From a virus (Duplodnaviria; Caudoviricetes): a DNA stretch of 64,000 bases. The stretch covers positions 192,001-256,000 of IMG/VR virus record IMGVR_UViG_3300021431_000075; one strand, given 5' to 3'. This document shows, in pieces, positions 57,933-64,000 of the stretch (positions within the stretch are counted from its first letter, which is position 1; each line of letters begins with the position of its first letter). Position numbers and translations under genes: made by a program. Below the pieces are notes generated by a model. It searched no databases and was not told the origin of the DNA. It was given only the letters and a program-made list of their open reading frames with translations.

Positions 57933-59969
57933 ATGTACGTCAACATACTCACAAGGCTCGACGAGTCTTACGAAATCAACAGAAACCAGGAGCTCGAGAA
58001 GATGTTCTCGAAGCTTGACATGTACGGAAGGAACAGGAGGCTCGTAGCCGAGGGATACTCCGGCGGCATAGCGAGGGACATAGTGTTCGGAAGCGCGGAA
58101 AGGACCGCGGCAACCAATGCGATATCCTGCTTGGAGTACCAGCTCCTTGAGACATACATGACCAACGAGGACCTGAAGTCCTTCTTGGACAAGACAAAGA
58201 ACGCGGCGAGAAAGACCGCAAGCAATGTCATCGACCTGACCAAGAAGGGCATCGAAAAGGCGGGCAGCGCGATGAAGTCCATAGCGGACCTGCTCAAGAC
58301 GCTTCCGCAGAGGATAAGGACCGCGGTCGAGTTCATAGAGAAGGTGCTGAAGTCCGGAATCAGCAAGGCTTCCGACTTCGTCAGGTTCATGGCAGGACTC
58401 TTCGCAAGGCTCGGTGACTCCCTTAAGGAAGCGGTCCTGTCGTTCGGGGTGTTCAACAGCGAGAAGGTGGTGAACGGCGCGCCTGACATGCTCCGCGGAA
58501 AGCTGTCCAAGCTCCATGAGACGGACAAGGTATCCGACGCCACGTTCAACTATGTTCTCGAATACGTGCTCGCAAGGTGCAAGGACGGATCATACAAGAA
58601 GCTGAACGAGGAAGCGGAAGGCGAGTATGAGGACAGCACGCAGAAGCTGGACAACTGGTTCCTCAGCCACAAGGATGAATGGACAGAGAAGTCGAAGAGC
58701 AACTTCCTCTTCCGCACCTTCATATCAGGAACGAACGCCAAGGGAGAGAGGCTCGGATTCTTCCGCGTTCTGCTGTACTCCATCATAGGCTCGTTCATCG
58801 TGTGCACGCTCGTTCCGCTCATCGCGTCATCCGTGTTCGGTCTCGCAGGCACAGGCCTTGTAATCCTTGTCATCGCCTGCAAGGCTCTCTGGATGGTGAA
58901 GAACGTGATGAGAATCATCGTGAACAGGACCCTCACGTACAAGCAGTCGTTCAAGTACAAGAACGGAGTGGTGAAGCACTCGCACCTGTTCGACCTGAGG
59001 ACCATACTCTGCCTTGTCATCGCCGTCCTGACGCCGACGCTGTTCTACATCTACGCGGACCAGATCAACGACTGGTTCCACAGCCTGTTCCATACGGACA
59101 AGGAAATCCCTGCGGAGATAGCGCAGCATGACGACCCGGAAGAGATAGAGAAGGTCATAGACGAGGTTGTCGTGAACCCGGCTCCCGAGATTCCGAAGCC
59201 GTCTGTTCCGGTCGTTCCGGACGGACCGAAGGTGTCTGATGTCGATACGGAGGACATGATGCTTGCTATAGCGGAGACGGAGCCGGTTGAAATAGATCCG
59301 CTTGAGCCGACCACCATCGCTCCGCCGGAAGGAGATGTCCTTGTTGCGAAGCTTCCGGACTTGGAACCTAAACTGGAAATGCCCGAGACTGTGAACGCGG
59401 ACGAGGTCAAGGAAGTGGTCGATACGATGCAGAACCAGATTACGGACTCGAACGTGCAGGGAAGCATCAACCAGTACGCAATCACCAATACGGGCAGCGG
59501 GGACGTGACCATCAACAACAACGAGGTCGTGAACGTCTACAACGGAACGATGGCAAGAACCGGCGGCACCGCGACAGGAGTCGTGGTGATGCACGACTAC
59601 GGAAGACCTGTCCAGTTCGTGAACCACGTACACAGCTGCGGAGGCAGGGTCATCTATGCGTCTGGACACACCTACGGAGTCAGGATTCCGCCGCACGGAG
59701 GACACTATCCGAGGTTCGGTGCGACAGGCAATCCGCATCCTATCGTGCACACTCCCGGTCACGCGCATGGACCGCACGCAGGCGGACACATGGAGTACGA
59801 CCTCAACTACAAGGGACACGGACACCACGGGTTCGGAAGCGGTCCGAATCCGCACGGTGGCGGCGGACCGAAGCCTGGGTTCGGAGTCAATTCGAGAGTT
59901 GTGAGCGGAAGCAGACCGTCAGGCGGTGGCGGAAGCAGACCGATGTTCGGCTCAAGAGGAAGAAGATAA
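57933..59969 (+). CDS. Multi-TM protein with acidic Pro-rich linker and His/Gly-rich C-terminal tail
   Basis: About three hydrophobic helices at aa ~275-370; several L-x-E motifs in the N-terminal part. Confidence 0.8.
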   Translation: MYVNILTRLDESYEINRNQELEKMFSKLDMYGRNRRLVAEGYSGGIARDIVFGSAERTAATNAISCLEYQLLETYMTNEDLKSFLDKTKNAARKTASNVIDLTKKGIEKAGSAMKSIADLLKTLPQRIRTAVEFIEKVLKSGISKASDFVRFMAGLFARLGDSLKEAVLSFGVFNSEKVVNGAPDMLRGKLSKLHETDKVSDATFNYVLEYVLARCKDGSYKKLNEEAEGEYEDSTQKLDNWFLSHKDEWTEKSKSNFLFRTFISGTNAKGERLGFFRVLLYSIIGSFIVCTLVPLIASSVFGLAGTGLVILVIACKALWMVKNVMRIIVNRTLTYKQSFKYKNGVVKHSHLFDLRTILCLVIAVLTPTLFYIYADQINDWFHSLFHTDKEIPAEIAQHDDPEEIEKVIDEVVVNPAPEIPKPSVPVVPDGPKVSDVDTEDMMLAIAETEPVEIDPLEPTTIAPPEGDVLVAKLPDLEPKLEMPETVNADEVKEVVDTMQNQITDSNVQGSINQYAITNTGSGDVTINNNEVVNVYNGTMARTGGTATGVVVMHDYGRPVQFVNHVHSCGGRVIYASGHTYGVRIPPHGGHYPRFGATGNPHPIVHTPGHAHGPHAGGHMEYDLNYKGHGHHGFGSGPNPHGGGGPKPGFGVNSRVVSGSRPSGGGGSRPMFGSRGRR

Positions 59970-59993
59970 AGAACGTATCCATTACAAACAAAC

Positions 59994-60035
59994 GAAGCAG
60001 GGTTGATATCGCATCAGTCCTGCTTCTTCTGTTTC
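59994..60035 (+). terminator. Intrinsic terminator
   Basis: GAAGCAGGGTTGAT / ATCAGTCCTGCTTC stem. Confidence 0.75.
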
Positions 60036-60116
60036 AGCATCTGGAAAAAAATATAATAAAAAACCAGATACTGATGAAAAAAAAACATACAAAATTCAAA
60101 ATATTCTGCCACTTTA

Positions 60117-60329
60117 CTATCCAGTTTGTTTATCCTTTTCCTTTTTCCACCGAGCAATAAGTTCGTCAGCCGTAGGATGACTCTTTAATGGTGGAAAATA
60201 ATACTTGCAACCGCGTTTGCATACAGTATCATCTTCATCAAAATAATTTGCGCAACCGGTACACCAATATCCACGATTTAATTTAAACTCAGGATCAATT
60301 TTACCAGTATCAACATTAATAGACGCCAT
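60117..60329 (-). CDS. Small Cys-containing hypothetical protein
   Basis: Start reassigned to MASINV; CTGC...C...C pattern. Confidence 0.55.
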   Translation of the reverse strand: MASINVDTGKIDPEFKLNRGYWCTGCANYFDEDDTVCKRGCKYYFPPLKSHPTADELIARWKKEKDKQTG

Positions 60330-60340
60330 ATCTTTTCCGT

Positions 60341-60673
60341 TTATTCTATAATGTCGTAATGTTTTTCGATTTGCTCGAATGACAATACGCTGCCGTTCGA
60401 GCATTCGAACTCATCACCATGGCAATCGTCAGAAATAATCCTCAGAATCACATCCGGGTTTGTCTTTGATCTGATTATGGTTCCAATAGCAATTCGATGG
60501 TTGTCTGACGTGTGGTTGCATATGCACTCAGGTTCTTTGTCCAAAGAGTCGATATAGTTCAGCAGTTCCCTATAAGCATCACTTCTTGCAAAGAAATACA
60601 TATTGTCTTTTTCTTTGTCAGCCAATGCTTTCCGCCTTTTTATCTCGGCTTTGATTTTTTCTACATTGTCCAT
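60341..60673 (-). CDS. Hypothetical phage protein
   Basis: 110-aa ORF; EKIKAEIKRR...AYRELLNYIDSL. Confidence 0.65.
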   Translation of the reverse strand: MDNVEKIKAEIKRRKALADKEKDNMYFFARSDAYRELLNYIDSLDKEPECICNHTSDNHRIAIGTIIRSKTNPDVILRIISDDCHGDEFECSNGSVLSFEQIEKHYDIIE

Positions 60674-60684
60674 GCAATTATGGT

Positions 60685-61149
60685 TTATAAACTGACAGTC
60701 AGTTCCTTTCTCTTCGGAGAGTACTCAATCTTGTCGAACTGACCCAGTATGTTCATTCCGATAATCCTTGTCCTGCTGCTCTTGCTGGAGGTGTCGAAGA
60801 TGACCACGACGTTGTCAAGTCGGAATCCGAGGAACTCGAAGCCGTCCACCCGGTAGCTTTCCCTGCGGGCGACAGTGTTCGCGCTCGTGCGGATGTTCAC
60901 GTATCCGGCGAAGTTGTCCCTTGATATGATTCCGCGCCGCTTCATCTCGACATAGTCCGTGTATGACAGGAGAGACTTGTTGCTGCCGGTGTCGACGATG
61001 ACGTTGTCCATCCTGTAGCCGGACACGGAGGCTTCTATGTACAGCAGGTCGTTTCCGTTGTTCCTTACGGCAACGGTTCTCGACTGCGCAGACACCGTAG
61101 TGGATGCCGATAGCACCGTCAGCAATATGGCAGCAACAATCCTTCTCAT
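60685..61149 (-). CDS. Secreted retropepsin-like aspartic protease
   Basis: Signal peptide MRRIVAAILL..VSA/Q, IVDTGS, IIGMNIL; start reassigned to 61149. Confidence 0.8.
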   Translation of the reverse strand: MRRIVAAILLTVLSASTTVSAQSRTVAVRNNGNDLLYIEASVSGYRMDNVIVDTGSNKSLLSYTDYVEMKRRGIISRDNFAGYVNIRTSANTVARRESYRVDGFEFLGFRLDNVVVIFDTSSKSSRTRIIGMNILGQFDKIEYSPKRKELTVSL

Positions 61150-62261
61150 TTCTCTTCTGCGAAAATGTGTTTCACTTTCTTTCCTGTTGTCTTCTCCGCG
61201 GTCTTGAACATACCGGAGAGGTTCTCCCTGCACTGCGCGGTGAACTCGTCGTCGATCGATATGACATTGTAGCGCTCCGAGTTGAAAACCGCGTCCGACA
61301 GCACTATCGGAGAATGGGAAACCGATATGATCTGGATTCCCGTGCGCTCTATGAGCGTCGGAAGGAACTCTCCGTACAGCTGGATGTTCGTGGCGATGTC
61401 GAAGTTCTGGTCAAGCTCGTCGAGCAGCAGGGTGCAAGGCTTCTTGACAGAGAAGTTGCGGAACTTTCCGTAGTGCCTGCGCTGCGCCTCGAACGTGTTC
61501 ATCCACACGTCGTTCACGCGCTTGCTGTCATATGCGAACAGCTCGTCGTAGCTGACTGTCCTGTTGACTGTCTCGTACAGGTTCTGCAGCATGTACACGG
61601 CGCGCTCTCCTCCGCACATCTGTCCCTTGTTGATGTGCCACATCGCCTCTTCCGCGCAGTTGCTGATGAAGCCGCCGCCACCCTGGATGCTTCCGAACGA
61701 GTTGCCTGCACGCTCAAGCCTCGCGCTGAAGTTGTGGAAATAGACCGGGGTTCCGTCCCAGTCAATCCTGCACGGGTTCTTCATCTCTTGGATAATGGTC
61801 TTCTCTATCTGGTCGTCGTAGTCCTCTTCCGTCGAGGCGCCGGTGATGACATATTTGAGCATGCTCGGCTCCTTCAGCACCGGGAATCCGTCAAGCCCGC
61901 ATCCGGCATATGCCGCGATAGCCCTGATAATCGTGCTCTTTCCGCATCCGTTCGGACCGACGATGACGTTGACCCTGTTGTCGGAGAAGCGGATCTTCCG
62001 GTTGATGAGGCACTTCGCAAGGTACGGGTTCTCATATTCGCCCTTCTTCTTGTTGTACTCCTCAAGCTCCTTCTCGTACTGCTCGTTGAGCATGCGCTTC
62101 TTCTCGTTCCACTCTTCCAGCTTCCTATCCCTCTCTTCCGGATCGCGGCGGAAGATGAACGGTCTCGGTCCGATGTCCCTGACTGAAGGGCGCACCGGCT
62201 TCATCACCTTCGCGTTGACGTATCCGTACTTTCCGGTAGTGAACTCTATTGAACTAATCAT
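61146..62261 (-). CDS. ABC/SMC-type ATPase
   Basis: Walker A GPNGCGKS, signature-like MCGGE, Walker B LLLDE, H-loop SHS. Confidence 0.85.
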   Translation of the reverse strand: MISSIEFTTGKYGYVNAKVMKPVRPSVRDIGPRPFIFRRDPEERDRKLEEWNEKKRMLNEQYEKELEEYNKKKGEYENPYLAKCLINRKIRFSDNRVNVIVGPNGCGKSTIIRAIAAYAGCGLDGFPVLKEPSMLKYVITGASTEEDYDDQIEKTIIQEMKNPCRIDWDGTPVYFHNFSARLERAGNSFGSIQGGGGFISNCAEEAMWHINKGQMCGGERAVYMLQNLYETVNRTVSYDELFAYDSKRVNDVWMNTFEAQRRHYGKFRNFSVKKPCTLLLDELDQNFDIATNIQLYGEFLPTLIERTGIQIISVSHSPIVLSDAVFNSERYNVISIDDEFTAQCRENLSGMFKTAEKTTGKKVKHIFAEEK

Positions 62262-62291
62262 TGTTGCGTTGAATTAAAAATATCGTAAAAC

Positions 62292-62702
62292 TCATCTGGA
62301 TTCATTCCCTCGGCTGACATGCGCCGTGGACACGTAGTCCGCGTCCTTCGAGAAGAACAGGCGGAAGTGGTACTCCGGCTCCCTAAACAGGATTCCGGTC
62401 TCGACCACGTCGTCCATGCTGGTGAACCTCGCCACCATCTTCACCCTGTCCATGTACAGTATCTGGATTGTGCCCGTGATTCCGTTCACGTTCGAGTCGT
62501 AGGTAATCTTGAGCAGGTCCCCCGAGTCCCTATGGAACAGGTACGCGAAGCCCTCGACCTCGTCGTCGATGTAGAGGGAGTCCCTCGTGAACGTGTAGAC
62601 GATGTTGTCTATCCTCCAGGATCCGTAGATGCCGCCCTCCTGGGAGCGTGCCGACGACGGCGCGAGAAGCGCAATCACGGCGATGACCAGATAACGTCCC
62701 AT
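62292..62702 (-). CDS. Secreted hypothetical protein
   Basis: Signal peptide, IYGSW; promoter TAATTTTGCA at rc ~62727-62736. Confidence 0.7.
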   Translation of the reverse strand: MGRYLVIAVIALLAPSSARSQEGGIYGSWRIDNIVYTFTRDSLYIDDEVEGFAYLFHRDSGDLLKITYDSNVNGITGTIQILYMDRVKMVARFTSMDDVVETGILFREPEYHFRLFFSKDADYVSTAHVSRGNESR

Positions 62703-62884
62703 GGCATATCAGTTTTGGTGATTCGCTGCAAAATTACGATTTCTAAAGATTCCGCGCAAGAAAACCGGTTGTTATTTTCCGGTTTTTAACATTGTTTAAC
62801 CAAAGCAATGACGTTTCTATAATGATTCCGCATAATCAGGCGCGGAACCGCAGTCTCCATGTGCCAACAGAAGCAACTGTGCAT

Positions 62885-63133
62885 CTACGAGTTGAGCGCT
62901 TCCGGATTCCCGGCAGGCTTCCTGAGCACATAGCAGTAGTCGAACTCCTCGGCCTGCTTCTCGTTCATCCTGCTCATGTAGACATTGGAAGTCTTTGTCA
63001 CGACGCACTTGCTGAACACGACGTCGTATCCGCCGGCTACAAGCTTCGCAACGTCGCTCTCCGCCTTCCTCATGTCAGCGACCTTCGGTCCGTACTCCAT
63101 GGTGCATATGGTGACTGTATCATATCTTTCCAT
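62885..63133 (-). CDS. Hypothetical protein
   Basis: Start reassigned to MERYD. Confidence 0.55.
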   Translation of the reverse strand: MERYDTVTICTMEYGPKVADMRKAESDVAKLVAGGYDVVFSKCVVTKTSNVYMSRMNEKQAEEFDYCYVLRKPAGNPEALNS

Positions 63134-63322
63134 AATTGTTATCCAAAATAGCGTTTGTCCGGAACCGGCAACCATACAAGCAATAAGCAATAAGCATCAG
63201 AAAACAAAAAGCGCGAACCATCGTCCAAGACGGTCGCGCCTTCCGACAGTATCCGTCATTGCCGGTCCATCTGTCTCTATTTATCATTATGGAAAAAAAG
63301 AGTGTTCCTTGCAGGGTTGATT

Positions 63323-63733
63323 CTACATCTCCAGAACGTTCATGACCTTGTGCTCCATGCAGAAGCCGACAACCTCGCTCATCGTCCGGACAGTCCGCGC
63401 GAACAGCCTGTCGATGAACATCGGCGAATAGACCAGCTGGTCTATGGACATGCATACCATTCCGCGCAGGATGAACGTCTTGACCAGCTTGAACTTGGTG
63501 TTCATGTGGTTCACGAACATCTCCGCGTCGTCCCCGTACTGCGCAATGTGGACCACGTTCATCGCAACAATCTTGAAAAGGGAACTGTCTCTGCCGTCAG
63601 CCACGAACGCCATGTCGACGCCGCCCGCGCTGAACGATACCTTACCGTCCGGCTTCTCCTGAACGGCCAGTCCGCGGTCCCTTGCGAACTCCAGAAAGCA
63701 TTCCCGGAGAAAGTTTGCGTCAAAGGTACTCAT
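63323..63733 (-). CDS. YbjN-like / T3SS-chaperone-fold protein (tentative)
   Basis: Start MSTFD; VNHMNTKFKLVKTFI pattern. Confidence 0.55.
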   Translation of the reverse strand: MSTFDANFLRECFLEFARDRGLAVQEKPDGKVSFSAGGVDMAFVADGRDSSLFKIVAMNVVHIAQYGDDAEMFVNHMNTKFKLVKTFILRGMVCMSIDQLVYSPMFIDRLFARTVRTMSEVVGFCMEHKVMNVLEM

Positions 63734-64000
63734 ATATCGTCTCGGTCTCGTCACCGTCTCTTTCATCGCACTCGTACAGCCTGCGGAACCTGTCGTCGGA
63801 CAACAGGTTGTCCACCGCATCCTTCATCGTCTCGGCAGGCTTCGTCTCCATCACCACTATGCAGTCCATGTATATGATGTCGTAGTGGATCTGCTTAAGA
63901 AGCGGGTTGAGCTTCCGCACGACCTTGAACTTTCCGCATGTCCGCGACACGAAGTCCGCAGCCTCTCCGACAGTCGGCGCCGGAATCAGGAAGTTCCTGT
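63720..64000 (-). CDS. Hypothetical protein, 5' end probably outside the window
   Basis: The reading frame stays open to the window edge. Confidence 0.5.
   Translation of the reverse strand, partial: RNFLIPAPTVGEAADFVSRTCGKFKVVRKLNPLLKQIHYDIIYMDCIVVMETKPAETMKDAVDNLLSDDRFRRLYECDERDGDETETIYEYL

Noticed and set aside
1-64000. Stop-codon recoding (code 15, as in Lak phages)
   Set aside because: Long genes are intact in code 11, and TAG is used as a plausible stop (for example 7..699 and 43077..43862).

Overview
This window looks like part of a large (jumbo-type) phage genome infecting a Bacteroidota host (Prevotella/Bacteroides-like). This is an inference from the dense hypothetical genes, Bacteroidota TAnnTTTG promoters, AT-rich translation starts, orphan methyltransferases, a lone tRNA and the absence of housekeeping genes. 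Main contents: (1) two clusters (5.9-6.5 kb and 12.3-12.6 kb) holding eight small-RNA-like units, most with their own promoter, each with a variable U-rich body and a covarying terminator hairpin with a conserved GUGA(N) loop; several bodies are antisense to start-codon-like regions; (2) an IS607 element with an enlarged TnpB, followed by an unexplained ~210-nt pseudoknotted RNA-like element; (3) eight tandem WG-repeat paralogs (16.5-34.2 kb) and six tandem paralogs of an unknown ~300-aa family (36.7-42.2 kb); (4) four orphan DNA methyltransferases, a truncated HicB-like antitoxin, a degenerate class III cyclase and a degenerate HNH protein; (5) a minimal type II-C CRISPR-Cas9 locus (tracrRNA, intact Cas9, 10 repeats/9 spacers, no cas1/cas2); (6) tRNA-Arg(CCU), an M15 peptidase, a NUDIX hydrolase, an ABC-type ATPase and other accessory genes. 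The strongest candidate for an undescribed system is the phage-borne modular sRNA array. All calls were made by eye; no database searches were run.
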